NCBI GenBank assembly: GCA_965116495.1
Contig: OZ220696.1
Location: forward strand, 3,968,001-4,032,000
Direction: 5' to 3'
Origin: Gammaproteobacteria bacterium
GTDB lineage: Bacteria; Pseudomonadota; Gammaproteobacteria; Eutrophobiales; Eutrophobiaceae
DNA length: 64,000 nt
This document shows, one piece after another, positions 9,725-20,665 of the stretch (positions are counted from its first letter, which is position 1; every line of letters begins with the position of its first letter). A program made the position numbers and the translations under genes. The notes below the pieces were generated by a model that was not told the DNA's origin, did no database searches, and was given only the letters and a program-made list of their open reading frames with translations.

Positions 9725-10518
9725 TGCGCGGCCTGCCGGACAAGGTGATCATCGTTACCGGCGCCGGCAGCCCCGGGGGCATGGGCCAGGCTGCGGTATT
9801 GAAAGTTGCCGAATACGGCGCCCACGTGGCCGTGTCGGACCTGGCGCACGCCAAAAGCCGGCTGGATGAACTGGTTGACCGGCTTGAGGTTATGGGGCGG
9901 CGCGCCCTGGCGCTCACCTGTGACGTGACGGATGATGACGCTATCCGCGCCTGCATTGACGGGGTCATGGGTGAATTCGGCAGGATAGACGGTCTTTTCA
10001 ATAACGCGGGTTGTGGAAACATGTCGCTTTTTCTGCATACGGACCTGGAAGAATACGACCGGATGTTCGCCATCAATACCCGCAGTATCGCTTCTTTCAT
10101 GCAGGCCGTCATCCCCCACATGAAAGCATCGGGCGGCGGCGCCGTCGTCAATAATGCTTCCCTGGGCGGGATTTACGCCAGCACCCACTTATCCGCCTAC
10201 GAAACGTCAAAGTTCGCCTTGGTTGGCTTGAGCAAATCGGTGGCGCTGGAAGTCGGCGCCGACAATATCCGGGTGAACCTGGTATGCCCCGGCGCGATTG
10301 ATACGGAAATGGGCGCGAAGATGCCCGTCTACTATGCGGAACATACCGGGGTCTCCGAAGAACAGTCCTACAAGGCAATTGCCAAAGACGCCGCCTTGGG
10401 GAGATGGGGCCGGCCGGAAGAAGTGGCGGAGGTGGTGGCCTTCCTGCTGAGCGACCTGTCCAGTTACATGACCGGCGCCGCCGTACCGGTCAGCGGCGGT
10501 TCACCGCAATCGCTATAA
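9724..10518 (+). CDS. short-chain dehydrogenase/reductase
   Basis: TGAGSPGGMG, NNAG, YETSK, GRWGRPEEVA. Confidence 0.92.
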   Translation: MRGLPDKVIIVTGAGSPGGMGQAAVLKVAEYGAHVAVSDLAHAKSRLDELVDRLEVMGRRALALTCDVTDDDAIRACIDGVMGEFGRIDGLFNNAGCGNMSLFLHTDLEEYDRMFAINTRSIASFMQAVIPHMKASGGGAVVNNASLGGIYASTHLSAYETSKFALVGLSKSVALEVGADNIRVNLVCPGAIDTEMGAKMPVYYAEHTGVSEEQSYKAIAKDAALGRWGRPEEVAEVVAFLLSDLSSYMTGAAVPVSGGSPQSL

Positions 10519-10637
10519 ATCAGATCGGGCCTGTTACGTCCAGATTAATCAGACTGTCATCACATGCCTGGAATGACTACGGCAGGCAGCTATCTCGTGA
10601 CATTGTTAATCGATTGTAATCTCTGTATACTTTCATT

Positions 10638-10874
10638 ATGTCAAGGACGAGACACCCGAAAAGGGAAGTTGAGGAAGCACTGGTTTATGCAGAAGCAGCG
10701 GGGTGGACAGTCAATACTACAAAATCTGGCCATCGGTGGGGTGTGATCCGCTGTGTGGAATCCAGCCGTTCGGGCTGTCAGTATTCTATCTGGTCTACGC
10801 CCCGAAATCCACACAATCATGCCAGGCATCTACTACGAATGGTGCATAAATGCCCACACCAGAGTGGACCTTAG
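10638..10874 (+). CDS. HicA-like small putative toxin
   Basis: 78 aa; HP..EVEEAL.YAE..GW, SGHRWG, SIWSTPRNP; paired with the downstream ORF. Confidence 0.6.
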   Translation: MSRTRHPKREVEEALVYAEAAGWTVNTTKSGHRWGVIRCVESSRSGCQYSIWSTPRNPHNHARHLLRMVHKCPHQSGP

Positions 10875-10887
10875 AGGAGTACACGTG

Positions 10888-11208
10888 ATGCAGACCCACC
10901 ACTTTACACTGATTATCGAAGGCCCGGACATGCAGGAAGAGGCAATCATCGATACTCTCTTCGAGAATGGCTGTGATGATGGGACGATTGGTCGGTCAGA
11001 TGGCATTCAATTCATCGTATTCGATCGTGAGGCAGTGAGTTTTGCTGACGCGGTGCAGTCAGCTGTCGACGATATTGAATGTATTCCAGGGCTGAAGATT
11101 GTTAGCATCGCTGATGCTGACCAGGCTCTTGATCCCAATCAAGTGCTTGATCCAACTCTCAGCAGGCCGTCAGACCGCCGTCCAGCACGATTGACGCCCC
11201 GTTCATAA
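10888..11208 (+). CDS. HicB-like putative antitoxin, apparently lacking a C-terminal HTH
   Basis: GAGGAG RBS; HFTLIIEG, LFENGCDDGT, FDREAVSFADAVQSAVDDIE; the tail runs into the convergent SDR. Confidence 0.55.
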   Translation: MQTHHFTLIIEGPDMQEEAIIDTLFENGCDDGTIGRSDGIQFIVFDREAVSFADAVQSAVDDIECIPGLKIVSIADADQALDPNQVLDPTLSRPSDRRPARLTPRS

Positions 11209-11914
11209 AGCTGTTCTGTTCCGAACACAGCCATAGGATGGCGTCCACCACCTCGTCAGGCTGCGCCATGCGCTTTAACGGTATGCGATCAGTCATGCGG
11301 CTCTCCATACCTTCATCTCCGGCGCGCAACATTCCGGCGACCAGCGGGGTGGGCGAGTAACCCGGGCACAGCGCATTGACGCGCACTCCTTTCCGGCCGT
11401 ACTCCACCGCGGCCGTACGCGTCAGGCCGACCACGCCATGCTTGCTGGCGCAGTAAGGTCCCAGCATGGGCGCGCCCAGTACCCCGGCAACGGACGCGAT
11501 ATTGAGTATCATCCCTGTTCCCTGTTCCAGCATCTGCCGTATCTCGCGCTTCATGCACAGGAAAACACCGGTCAGGTTGACTTCGAGGACCCGGGACCAC
11601 AGTTCATCATCACAGTCCGCCAGCGGACGTTGCTCATGGGCTATACCGGCGTTGTTAACGGCGACGTCAATCCTGCCGAACCGTTCAATGACCGCGTCAA
11701 TGAAACGGTCTAACTGTGCCGCTTTGCTGACGTCACAGGGAAACATGAGGTGTTCTCTGCCAAGTTCTCCGGCCAGGTTGTGCAGGGCGGAATCGTTGAC
11801 GTCACATAATGCCAGCGTATCGCCCTGGTCCGCAAACCGCCTGGCCGCCAGCCGGCCGAAACCGGAACCCGCGCCGGTAAGCAATACGACCCTGGCGGCG
11901 CCGGCTTCAGGCAT
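11159..11914 (-). CDS. short-chain dehydrogenase/reductase
   Basis: TGAGSGFG, NNAGI, YCASKHG. Confidence 0.93.
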   Translation of the reverse strand: MPEAGAARVVLLTGAGSGFGRLAARRFADQGDTLALCDVNDSALHNLAGELGREHLMFPCDVSKAAQLDRFIDAVIERFGRIDVAVNNAGIAHEQRPLADCDDELWSRVLEVNLTGVFLCMKREIRQMLEQGTGMILNIASVAGVLGAPMLGPYCASKHGVVGLTRTAAVEYGRKGVRVNALCPGYSPTPLVAGMLRAGDEGMESRMTDRIPLKRMAQPDEVVDAILWLCSEQNSFMNGASIVLDGGLTAC

Positions 11915-12144
11915 TTTCCGTACCGTATCCGGCTGCGGGAAACGCGGTCAATATTTTCGTCACGGTCAAAATCATCTTTACCCGGGTCAGGCGGTTTACC
12001 GGCCCAGTCTACCAGAATAGTAATGCCGGACGCGAGGGTTGCAATTAACTCAAATGAGGTATAGGAAAAGCGGCGTTTTCTTACGAAAATCAACAATTAG
12101 GTTTTCTTTGCGCGTTTACAGGTTAACAGACGGGGGATCAATCA

Positions 12145-14502
12145 ATGACACCAAGACCGTATTTCAGGCTGACAAACACATTTTCGGCCATTGCCCTGGC
12201 TTCCATCATTTTCGCAACTCCGGCATCCGCCGCGCTGCTGGAAGAGGTCATAGTGACCGCGCAGAAGCGCCAGCAGGACGCCCAGGACGTGGGGATCGCG
12301 ATCAGTTCATTCTCCAATACGCAAATGCGATCATTGGGCGTGACCGATGCGGCTGACCTCGCCGACCTCACTTCCGGCGTAACCATCAATATGGAATACG
12401 GCACCGCGCCGTTGTTTGCCATCCGCGGCGTCAGTGTCAACGACTTCGCGGCAACGACCCCGCCGGCAGCCGCCGTGTACCTGGACGGCGTGTACAAGGC
12501 GTCCAATATCAACAGCGGCCCGCAGATGTTTGACATGGAGAGGGTCGAAATCCTGAAGGGACCGCAAGGCACACTCTGGGGCCGCAATACAACCGGCGGC
12601 GCGGTCAGTATTACCAGCGTCAAACCCTCCCAGGAAAGCGATGGTTTTATCGAGGTTGGATACGGCACCCATGATCACATACAGGTTGAGGGCGCAATCG
12701 GCGCCGGCTTGACGGATACCCTGGCCACCAGGCTGTCGTTCCGTTATATGGAAAGTGACGGGGCCTTTGATTCGGTGACGAACGGTGAACACGGCGCCCT
12801 TGACAACGTGGCGCTCAGGGGGCAGTTGCTGCTTGAGACGGGCAACTTTACCGGCCAGCTCATCGCGCATTATGCGCAGGACAAGGGCGAGATAGAGCCC
12901 ACGGTCGCCTATATTCTGGGAAGCTGCAGCCCGGCAGCCGGTATCGTGACGACCATTGGCGGCGTTCCCGTGGCAGGTGATCCTGAACATCCTTCCTGCG
13001 GCAACAGCACCAAGGCCACGAATCCGTTTGACGACACCGTGTCGACAGACTGGGACTCGGATAAAAATAACAAGTTCTACGGCGTGACCCTGAAGCTGGG
13101 TTGGGATATCGGCAGCAATATGAGCATTCATTCCATCAGCGCCTATGACGGTTTTGAACGTCTTGACGGCCTGGATTTCGAGGGAACGGCCACCATTTAC
13201 GGGCGCCAGATATACGACCAGGAGTTTGACCAGTTCAGCCAGGAACTGCGCCTGGAAGGCCAGTTGGACAACGGGTTCTGGTTGCTGGGCTATTACTTTG
13301 ACAACAGTGAGATCAAGGACCCGGCGAACCTTACCCCGGTCGGCGCGACTTATGACTCGATACCCCCTGATTTCAATGCCGTACTCACAGGCGCGCCGCT
13401 GCAACCGGGTGACGGCAGCAGTAGTTACTTCGGCGGGTTCCCGTTTGACCTCGAAACTTTCCAGGAGACCACGGTCCACGCTGCTTTCGCGCACGTGGAA
13501 TACGGCATTGCGGAAAACCTGAGACTCATCGGCGGTGTGCGTTACGAAGATGAAAAGAAGAAGGGCAGGCACGCCGACCTGACCGCGTTACCCGGCGCCG
13601 GCCCGGTCAATGACGCGATCGGCGTGGCCTTTGGCGGAAACCGGGCCGAACAGGAAACGTCTTTCGAAGATGTTTCCTGGAAGGTGGGTCTGAACTACCT
13701 GCCAAGCGCGGACATGATGCTCTACGGCACCTATTCGGTCGGGGTCAAGAGCGGCGGCACCGACCAGGCTTTTGCCGGGTTCAACAACCCTCCGTTCGGC
13801 AAGGAAACACTCAAGGCGCTGGAAGGCGGCATCAAGTGGGACATTACGGACAGCTTCCGCTTCAATGCCAGCGCCTACTGGTATGACTACGAGGATATGG
13901 TGCAGCGGTTTTCCGTTTACATCACCAATGAATTCGGGGATCCGGTCGGTGCCGAGCGGCTGGATAACGTCGAGGCTGCCGACGTGTACGGCCTGGACCT
14001 GGAGCTGACCTTTGCACCGGCAGAGGGCCTGGAGTTTCTGGCTACCGCTACCTTCCTCGACACGGAAGTGGATGATAAAGTGGCCAGTGCGGGCATCATC
14101 GATACCGACGGCAGCGGCGGACCAAGCGCCGGCGATACCGTCGTGTCCATCGACGGCAATGAACTGCCGTTCGCGCCCGATTTCTCACTCACCGGTGTGG
14201 CCCGTTACCTCATGCAACTGGATAATGACTACAGTGTGAGTTTGCAGATGAGCGTCAGCCATACCTCCGACCATTTCATCTCCATTGAAAACGTGCCTTT
14301 TGAAGAGCAGGACCATACCAAGTTGGGCGCGCATGTCGCCTTGATGGGACCGGGAGACAAGTGGTCGCTTTCCGTCACGGGGACAAACCTGACCAATGAA
14401 TTTCACGCGATAAACGGTTTCCCGTCAGGACTGGGCGGCCGCGGTTACTATATCAATACCCCGCGTACCGTCATAGGCAGGTTGAGCTACAACTTTTTCT
14501 GA
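12145..14502 (+). CDS. TonB-dependent receptor
   Basis: signal peptide, LEEVIVTAQKR, RVEILKGPQGTLWGRNTTGGA, C-terminal Phe. Confidence 0.95.
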   Translation: MTPRPYFRLTNTFSAIALASIIFATPASAALLEEVIVTAQKRQQDAQDVGIAISSFSNTQMRSLGVTDAADLADLTSGVTINMEYGTAPLFAIRGVSVNDFAATTPPAAAVYLDGVYKASNINSGPQMFDMERVEILKGPQGTLWGRNTTGGAVSITSVKPSQESDGFIEVGYGTHDHIQVEGAIGAGLTDTLATRLSFRYMESDGAFDSVTNGEHGALDNVALRGQLLLETGNFTGQLIAHYAQDKGEIEPTVAYILGSCSPAAGIVTTIGGVPVAGDPEHPSCGNSTKATNPFDDTVSTDWDSDKNNKFYGVTLKLGWDIGSNMSIHSISAYDGFERLDGLDFEGTATIYGRQIYDQEFDQFSQELRLEGQLDNGFWLLGYYFDNSEIKDPANLTPVGATYDSIPPDFNAVLTGAPLQPGDGSSSYFGGFPFDLETFQETTVHAAFAHVEYGIAENLRLIGGVRYEDEKKKGRHADLTALPGAGPVNDAIGVAFGGNRAEQETSFEDVSWKVGLNYLPSADMMLYGTYSVGVKSGGTDQAFAGFNNPPFGKETLKALEGGIKWDITDSFRFNASAYWYDYEDMVQRFSVYITNEFGDPVGAERLDNVEAADVYGLDLELTFAPAEGLEFLATATFLDTEVDDKVASAGIIDTDGSGGPSAGDTVVSIDGNELPFAPDFSLTGVARYLMQLDNDYSVSLQMSVSHTSDHFISIENVPFEEQDHTKLGAHVALMGPGDKWSLSVTGTNLTNEFHAINGFPSGLGGRGYYINTPRTVIGRLSYNFF

Positions 14503-14524
14503 CAGGAACTGCTTCAGTAAAGTG

Positions 14525-14556
14525 AAAAAACCGCCGTTTCAAACGGCGGTTTTTTT
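14525..14556. terminator. bidirectional intrinsic terminator
   Basis: AAAAAA-CCGCCGTTT-C-AAACGGCGG-TTTTTTT between convergent genes. Confidence 0.9.
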
Positions 14557-14579
14557 ATGGGACCGCCGGTTGTCCTTGA

Positions 14580-15998
14580 TCATTCCGTTATCACCTGCCC
14601 GTCACGGACCAGCTCACCGGTTACCTTATCTACCGCTTTACCGGTTAATTCAATGATCCGGTCAATGTCTGCGGGATTGACGATCAGGGGTGGGGCGAAG
14701 CCGAGAATATCCCCATGGGGCATGGCCCGGGCGATCAGCCCTTGCTCCAGGCAGGCTGCGGCAACCCGGGGTCCGACCTTCAGGGCGGCGTCAAAACGCT
14801 GTTTTTTTGACTTGTCGGCTACAAACTCCAGCGCGCCGAGCAGACCCTCCCCGCGCGCTTCGCCAACCAGGGGGTGGCCGCTAAAGGTCTCGCGCAGGCG
14901 CTGCTGGAAGTAGGCGCCGGTTTTCAAGGCGTTTGCTACGATGTCTTCCTGTTCCAGAATTTCCAGGTTGGCGATACCGGCCGCCATGGCCAGGGCATGG
15001 GCGGAATAGGTCCAGCCATGACCGATGGGGCCGAACTGTTCGGATCCCTGCTCGAGCACATTCCAGACCTTGTCGCCGACGATCACGCCGGACAGGGGCA
15101 GGTAACCGCTGGTCAGTCCCTTGGCGATGGTGATGAGGTCCGGTTCAATGCCGTAGCGTTCACAGCCGAAGTCATGTCCGATGCGGCCGAAGGCGGTAAC
15201 CACCTCGTCGGCAATCAACAGGATATCGTACTTTTTGAGCACTGGCTGTATGGCAGACCAGTAGCCCTCGGGAGGCGGTATGATACCGCCCGTACCCATT
15301 ACCGGTTCGCCGATGAACGCGGCAACCGTGTCCGGCCTTTCGGCGAGGATCAGTTTTTCCAGCTCTGCGGCGCAGTATCGTGAAAACGCCTGCTCATCCA
15401 TGCCGTCTTCAGCGCCGTAGTAATAATGTGGTGTTACGGTATGTTTGACTACATCCAGAGGCAGGTTGAAATGATTGTGAAACACGGGCAGGCCGGTCAT
15501 ACTGCCGGTCATGATCCCGGAACCGTGATAACCGCGCAGGCGCGAGATTATCTTGCGTCTTTGCGGGCGTCCGAGCACATTGTTGTAGTACCAGACCAGC
15601 TTGAGCTGGGTTTCATTGGCGTCGGAGCCGGACATACCGTAATAGACCTTGCTCATGCCGTCGGGGGCCATTTCAATAATCCGCCTGGACAGGTCGATAA
15701 CAACCTCGCTGGAATGGCCTACATAGGTGTGGTAGTAGGCCAGCTTTTTTGCCTGGGCATGGATAGCATCGGCGATTTCCATGCGGCCGTAACCGACGTT
15801 GACGCAATACAACCCGGCAAAAGCATCCAGCAGTGTATTGCCCTTGTTATCCCGGATATGAATTCCGTTCCCGGAATCGATAATGCGCGGCGTGCCCAGG
15901 GCGCCGCTGGCATGGGCTTTCAGGTCGGTAGAGGCATGGAATACCGTCTGCCGGTCCAGTTCCTCCAGGCTCAGGTTGTTGTCAAATTGCTTGGGCAT
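14580..15998 (-). CDS. class III PLP aminotransferase (DoeD-like)
   Basis: DAFAGLYCVNVGYG, LIADEVVTAFGR, TIAKGLTSGY, HGWTYSAH. Confidence 0.88.
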   Translation of the reverse strand: MPKQFDNNLSLEELDRQTVFHASTDLKAHASGALGTPRIIDSGNGIHIRDNKGNTLLDAFAGLYCVNVGYGRMEIADAIHAQAKKLAYYHTYVGHSSEVVIDLSRRIIEMAPDGMSKVYYGMSGSDANETQLKLVWYYNNVLGRPQRRKIISRLRGYHGSGIMTGSMTGLPVFHNHFNLPLDVVKHTVTPHYYYGAEDGMDEQAFSRYCAAELEKLILAERPDTVAAFIGEPVMGTGGIIPPPEGYWSAIQPVLKKYDILLIADEVVTAFGRIGHDFGCERYGIEPDLITIAKGLTSGYLPLSGVIVGDKVWNVLEQGSEQFGPIGHGWTYSAHALAMAAGIANLEILEQEDIVANALKTGAYFQQRLRETFSGHPLVGEARGEGLLGALEFVADKSKKQRFDAALKVGPRVAAACLEQGLIARAMPHGDILGFAPPLIVNPADIDRIIELTGKAVDKVTGELVRDGQVITE

Positions 15999-16400
15999 GA
16001 TCGGTTCCCTGGTTACGGGTTATCGAGATAATTATGTCATTTACTGCTTGCTTTTCATAGCAAACGGAGTGTCAGGGATGAATGCCAACAGCCTGGAACG
16101 TGCATTTTTCCGCTTCCGCTATAGACACCCGCCAATGGAATGTGGTATAAGTCCGCTCCTTGACGCAATACTGCATTTGCGGACTGGTAAACGGAATGAC
16201 AGTCCGTGTCTTCTTGAGGGTGATGCCCTGGAAATCCCTGTATTGAACTGCAAAGCGATTTGCCCGGCTTTGACGTAGATTGATATTCGGCAGTTTCGAA
16301 GTATCAACCTGTTACGTTGCCCCCATGGAAACGGCTACATAGTACGCCGTCTCGACCAGCCAGATCGCACTGAATTCTATAATATTAATACCTGGAGAGA

Positions 16401-17585
16401 GTGACTATGCCCGGTCGAAACTATTTACACATACCCGGTCCGACGATTGTGCCCCAGCGCATTCGCAATGCCATGGCGATAGAGCAGGAAGACATGCGCG
16501 CAGCGGATTTCCCGGAATTCACGTTGCCGTTGTTTAACGACCTGAAAAAGATATTCAAGACGGAGACGGGACGGATATTCATCTTTCCATCTTCCGGCAC
16601 CGGGGGGTGGGAAGCCGCCATCACCAATACCTTGTCGCCCGGGGACAAGGTCCTGATGTCCCATTTCGGCCAGTTCAGCCAACTCTGGGTAGACATGTGC
16701 CGGCGCCACGGTCTTGACGTTCATGCCATCGAGATGGATTGGGGCGATGGTGTCCCCGTTGACCGCTATGCGGAAATACTGAAAGCCGATACCAACAAGG
16801 AGATCAAGGCTGTCTTTGCCACCCAGAATGAGACGGCTACGGGTGTGAAGAGTGATATCCCGGGAGTACGCAAGGCGCTGGATGCGGCGGATCACCCGGC
16901 CCTGTTGTTTGTCGATGCGGTAAGCTCCCTGGGCAGCATGGATTTCCGCATGGACGAGTGGGGTGTGGACCTGGCGGTCAGCGGTTCGCAAAAAGGTTTT
17001 ATGCTGCCCACCGGACTCGGTATCGTCGGCGTCAGTGAAAAAGCCCTTGCCGCACGGGCAGACGCAACCTTGTACCGCACATTTTTTTCCTTCGACGACA
17101 TGATCGGCGCCAACGACAACGGTTATTTCCCGTATACCCCCAACACCATCTACCTCAGAGGGTTACGGGAATCCATCGACATGCTCATGGAGGAAGGGCT
17201 GGATAACGTCTTTGCCCGCCATACCCGCATGGCTGTCGCGGTGCGCAAGGCGGTGTCGGCATGGGGCCTGTCCCTGGTTGCAAAAGACGAGAACTGGTAT
17301 TCCGATACGGTCAGTGCGGTGCGGGTGCCGGAGGGATTTGACGGCAACGCAGTGGCGCAGCACAGTTATAAATACTATAACGTCGCCCTGTCCATCAGCC
17401 TCGGCAAGATTGCCGGTCAGGCATTTCGCATCGGCCACCTGGGTGACCTGAATGAAGTGATGGTCCTGACCCCGCTCAACGCCGCAGAAATGTCGATGAA
17501 AGACATGGGGATTGATATCGAGTTGGGCAGCGGCGTGGCCGCCGCGCAGGAATACCTGCGTAACACCCGCCAGGCCAGGTTCTGA
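16401..17585 (+). CDS. sgaA: serine--glyoxylate aminotransferase (class V)
   Basis: IPGPT, SSGTGGWEAA, NETATGV, SGSQKG (PLP lysine), FRIGHLG; first gene of the serine-cycle cluster. Confidence 0.85.
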   Translation: MTMPGRNYLHIPGPTIVPQRIRNAMAIEQEDMRAADFPEFTLPLFNDLKKIFKTETGRIFIFPSSGTGGWEAAITNTLSPGDKVLMSHFGQFSQLWVDMCRRHGLDVHAIEMDWGDGVPVDRYAEILKADTNKEIKAVFATQNETATGVKSDIPGVRKALDAADHPALLFVDAVSSLGSMDFRMDEWGVDLAVSGSQKGFMLPTGLGIVGVSEKALAARADATLYRTFFSFDDMIGANDNGYFPYTPNTIYLRGLRESIDMLMEEGLDNVFARHTRMAVAVRKAVSAWGLSLVAKDENWYSDTVSAVRVPEGFDGNAVAQHSYKYYNVALSISLGKIAGQAFRIGHLGDLNEVMVLTPLNAAEMSMKDMGIDIELGSGVAAAQEYLRNTRQARF

Positions 17586-18532
17586 TGAGTTTTACCCAGT
17601 ACCCGCCGGCGCCGGTCCGGTTACAGCGCAGTGAACTCGCCGTTCCCGGTTCCAACCCCGGCATGTTTGAGAAAGCAGCCCGCTCCGCCGCGGACTTTAT
17701 CTTCCTGGACTGCGAGGATGCGGTGATCCCCGATGACAAACCCCAGGCCAGGAAGAACATCATCGCGGCGTTGAATGATATCGACTGGCAGGGTAAGACC
17801 ATGTCGGTGCGCATCAATGGTCTTGACACGCATTATATGTATCGCGACGTCGTGGATATAGTAGAGCAGTCCGGCGCCAACCTGGATACCGTGCTGATCC
17901 CGAAGGTAGGCACTGCTGCAGACGTGTACATGGTGGATTGCCTGTTGACCCAGATTGAGGATGCCAAGGGCCTTGACAAGAGGATCGGCATAGAGTGCCT
18001 GATTGAGACTGCATTGGGCGGGGCCAACGTCATGTCCATCGCACAGTCCTCCACACGCCTGGAGGCCCTGCACTTCGGTGTCGCGGATTATGCCGCCAGC
18101 ATGCGGGCGCGCACCGTGAACATCGGCGGCCTGAACCCGGATTACCAGTGTGACGGCGCGTTGGGCGACCAGTGGCATGCCGCGCTGGTGAACATCGCCA
18201 CTGCGTGCCGGGCCTTCGGACTGCGCGCCATAGACGGCCCGTACGGTGATTTCAACGATCCGGACGGTTACGTGGCTGCGGCCAAACGGGTGGCGGCGCT
18301 GGGTTACGAAGGCAAATGGGCGATCCACCCCAGCCAGATCGAACTGGCCAACGATGTGATGTCGCCGCCGGAAGCCGAAGTCACCCGGGCCCGGCGCGTG
18401 CTGGAGGCGTTACGGGAAGCGGCCGCGCAGGGCAAGGGCGCGGCGCAACTGGACGGCAAGATGATCGACGCAGCCTCGGAACGCATGGCAAGAAATATCG
18501 TGCGGCAGGCTGAATTGATAAACAAGAGGTAA
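17585..18532 (+). CDS. mcl: malyl-CoA lyase
   Basis: [48 protein letters not shown], as in methylotroph MclA. Confidence 0.9.
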   Translation: MSFTQYPPAPVRLQRSELAVPGSNPGMFEKAARSAADFIFLDCEDAVIPDDKPQARKNIIAALNDIDWQGKTMSVRINGLDTHYMYRDVVDIVEQSGANLDTVLIPKVGTAADVYMVDCLLTQIEDAKGLDKRIGIECLIETALGGANVMSIAQSSTRLEALHFGVADYAASMRARTVNIGGLNPDYQCDGALGDQWHAALVNIATACRAFGLRAIDGPYGDFNDPDGYVAAAKRVAALGYEGKWAIHPSQIELANDVMSPPEAEVTRARRVLEALREAAAQGKGAAQLDGKMIDAASERMARNIVRQAELINKR

Positions 18533-18537
18533 AAATT

Positions 18538-19719
18538 ATGGAAATTCATGAATACCAGGCGAAGGAGATACTGACTGATTTCGGCGTGCCGGTCCCGAGG
18601 GGGGGATTGGCGTATAGCCCGGAACAGGCGGTGTATCGTTCCCATGAACTGGGCGGTGATGCCTGGGTGGTCAAGGCGCAGATCCATTCGGGCGGGCGCG
18701 GCAAGGCCGGCGGGATAAAATTCTGCCGGGACGACGATGAGATCTGGGCGGCCGCCGATGAACTGCTCGGCAAGCGGCTGATCACCAATCAAACCGGCAA
18801 CGCCGGCAAGATCATTCACCGGTTATACGTCGAGGAGGCCAGTGAAATTGCCAACGAGTACTACGTCGGGTTCGTACTGGACCGGCAGAAGGAAAGGATC
18901 TCCGTCGTCGCGTCATCTGAAGGCGGTGTCGAGATTGAGGATATAGCCAGGGAAAACCCGGATTCACTGATTCGCGTCACTGTCGAGCCGGCAGTGGGGA
19001 TGCAGCCCTTCCAGGCACGGGAAATCGCCTTCAAACTGGGGATCGATAAATCCTTGAGCAGCCAGGCGATTACCGCGCTGCTGGGTTGCTACCGGGCGTT
19101 CCGCGACCTGGACGCCACCATGGTGGAGATAAACCCCCTGGTCGTGACGAAGAACAATCACCTGCTGGCGCTGGACGCGAAGATGGGGTTTGACGACAAC
19201 GCCTTGTTCCGGCGCCCGAATATTTCCGAGTTGCGGGACAAGTCCCAGGAAGACCCCCGGGAGATGAAGGCAGCGGACCGCGGCCTCAGTTACGTGGGCC
19301 TGGAAGGAAACATCGGTTGTATCATCAACGGGGCCGGTCTGGCCATGGCGACCATGGACATGATCAAACACGCCGGCGGCGAGCCGGCCAACTTCCTGGA
19401 CATAGGCGGCGGGGCTTCGCCGGATCGCGTGGCAAAAGCCATTAACCTGGTCCTGGGTGACAAGAACGTCAGGGCGATACTGGTCAATATATTTGCCGGG
19501 ATCAACCGCTGTGACTGGGTCGCCGAAGGGATCGTCCAGGCGGTAAGCAAGATCGACCTGGAATTGCCCTTTGTCGTCAGGCTGTCGGGCACCAACGTGG
19601 AAGAAGGCCGGGAAATACTGAAGAACAGCAATTTACCGATCATCATGGCAGATACCTTGCACGAGGCGGCGGAGAAGGCGGTTGCCGCCTGGCAGGATTA
19701 CGAAAAAACTCAGGCTTGA
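18538..19719 (+). CDS. mtkA: malate--CoA ligase (malate thiokinase) beta subunit
   Basis: SucC-like (HEYQAK, GRGKAGG, NGAGLAM) with the Mtk-type YSPEQAVY and [10 protein letters not shown]; adjacent to mcl. Confidence 0.85.
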   Translation: MEIHEYQAKEILTDFGVPVPRGGLAYSPEQAVYRSHELGGDAWVVKAQIHSGGRGKAGGIKFCRDDDEIWAAADELLGKRLITNQTGNAGKIIHRLYVEEASEIANEYYVGFVLDRQKERISVVASSEGGVEIEDIARENPDSLIRVTVEPAVGMQPFQAREIAFKLGIDKSLSSQAITALLGCYRAFRDLDATMVEINPLVVTKNNHLLALDAKMGFDDNALFRRPNISELRDKSQEDPREMKAADRGLSYVGLEGNIGCIINGAGLAMATMDMIKHAGGEPANFLDIGGGASPDRVAKAINLVLGDKNVRAILVNIFAGINRCDWVAEGIVQAVSKIDLELPFVVRLSGTNVEEGREILKNSNLPIIMADTLHEAAEKAVAAWQDYEKTQA

Positions 19720-19730
19720 CGGGATAAATC

Positions 19731-20618
19731 ATGGCGATATTGATAGACACAAATTCAAGAGTCATTGTCCAGGGTTTTACCGGGCAGACAGGAACATTCC
19801 ACACCCGGGACATGATCAATTACGGCACCAACGTCGTCGGCGGCGTTACCCCCGGAAAAGGCGGCGCCTCGCACCTGGATCGGCCCGTATTCGATACGGT
19901 CAAGGATGCGGTAGCCGAGACTGGGGCCGACAGCAGTATTATATTTATCCCCCCGCCATTCGCCGCGGACGGCATCATGGAGGCGGCGGATGCGGGCATA
20001 AAGTACTGTGTCTGCATTACCGACGGTATCCCCGCCCACGACATGATCCGGGTGAAACGCTATATGCGCCGTTACCGCCAGGAACACAAGATGGTGCTGA
20101 TGGGGCCCAACTGTGCGGGGACAATCAGTCCCGGCAAGGCGATGCTGGGCATCATGCCCGGGCATATCTACATACCGGGCAGGGTTGGCGTCATCGGCCG
20201 TTCCGGCACCCTGGGCTACGAAGCGGCATCGCAGATGAAGGCGCTGGGGATAGGGGTATCCACCAGTATCGGCATCGGTGGGGACCCGATTAACGGCAGC
20301 TCCTTCATGGATCACCTGGTACGGTTTGAAGCGGACCCGGAGACCGATGCCGTGGTGATGATCGGTGAGATTGGCGGCCCCCAGGAAGCGGAAGCCGCGG
20401 AGTTTTACCGGGATAACATGAAAAAGCCGGTGATAGGATACATCGCCGGTTTGACAGCGCCCAAGGGCAAGCGCATGGGGCACGCCGGCGCCATTATTTC
20501 CGCATTCGGCGAGAGCGCCGCGGAAAAAGTGGAAATCCTGCAGGAATGCGGCGTAACCATAGTACCGAAGCCGTCTGAATTCGGGAGCACCGTAAAGGCA
20601 GTGTTGGATGCGCTGTAA
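19731..20618 (+). CDS. mtkB: malate--CoA ligase alpha subunit
   Basis: SucD-like: GVTPGKGG, GPNC, RSGTLGYE, RMGHAGA (phospho-His). Confidence 0.85.
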   Translation: MAILIDTNSRVIVQGFTGQTGTFHTRDMINYGTNVVGGVTPGKGGASHLDRPVFDTVKDAVAETGADSSIIFIPPPFAADGIMEAADAGIKYCVCITDGIPAHDMIRVKRYMRRYRQEHKMVLMGPNCAGTISPGKAMLGIMPGHIYIPGRVGVIGRSGTLGYEAASQMKALGIGVSTSIGIGGDPINGSSFMDHLVRFEADPETDAVVMIGEIGGPQEAEAAEFYRDNMKKPVIGYIAGLTAPKGKRMGHAGAIISAFGESAAEKVEILQECGVTIVPKPSEFGSTVKAVLDAL

Positions 20619-20665
20619 TTGTCTTATCTTTGTAGTTATGAATACGTAATCTTAATTTATCCTAT

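Noticed and set aside
16020-16400. Known riboswitch (glycine, ZTP, THF, cobalamin) upstream of sga
   Set aside because: Consensus cores could not be matched by eye
16401-17585. BhcA of the beta-hydroxyaspartate cycle
   Set aside because: No bhcBCD; the neighbours are serine-cycle genes
18538-20618. Calling these genes sucCD (succinyl-CoA synthetase)
   Set aside because: The mcl/sga/ppc context and Mtk-type motifs favour malate thiokinase; no sucAB/sdh genes nearby
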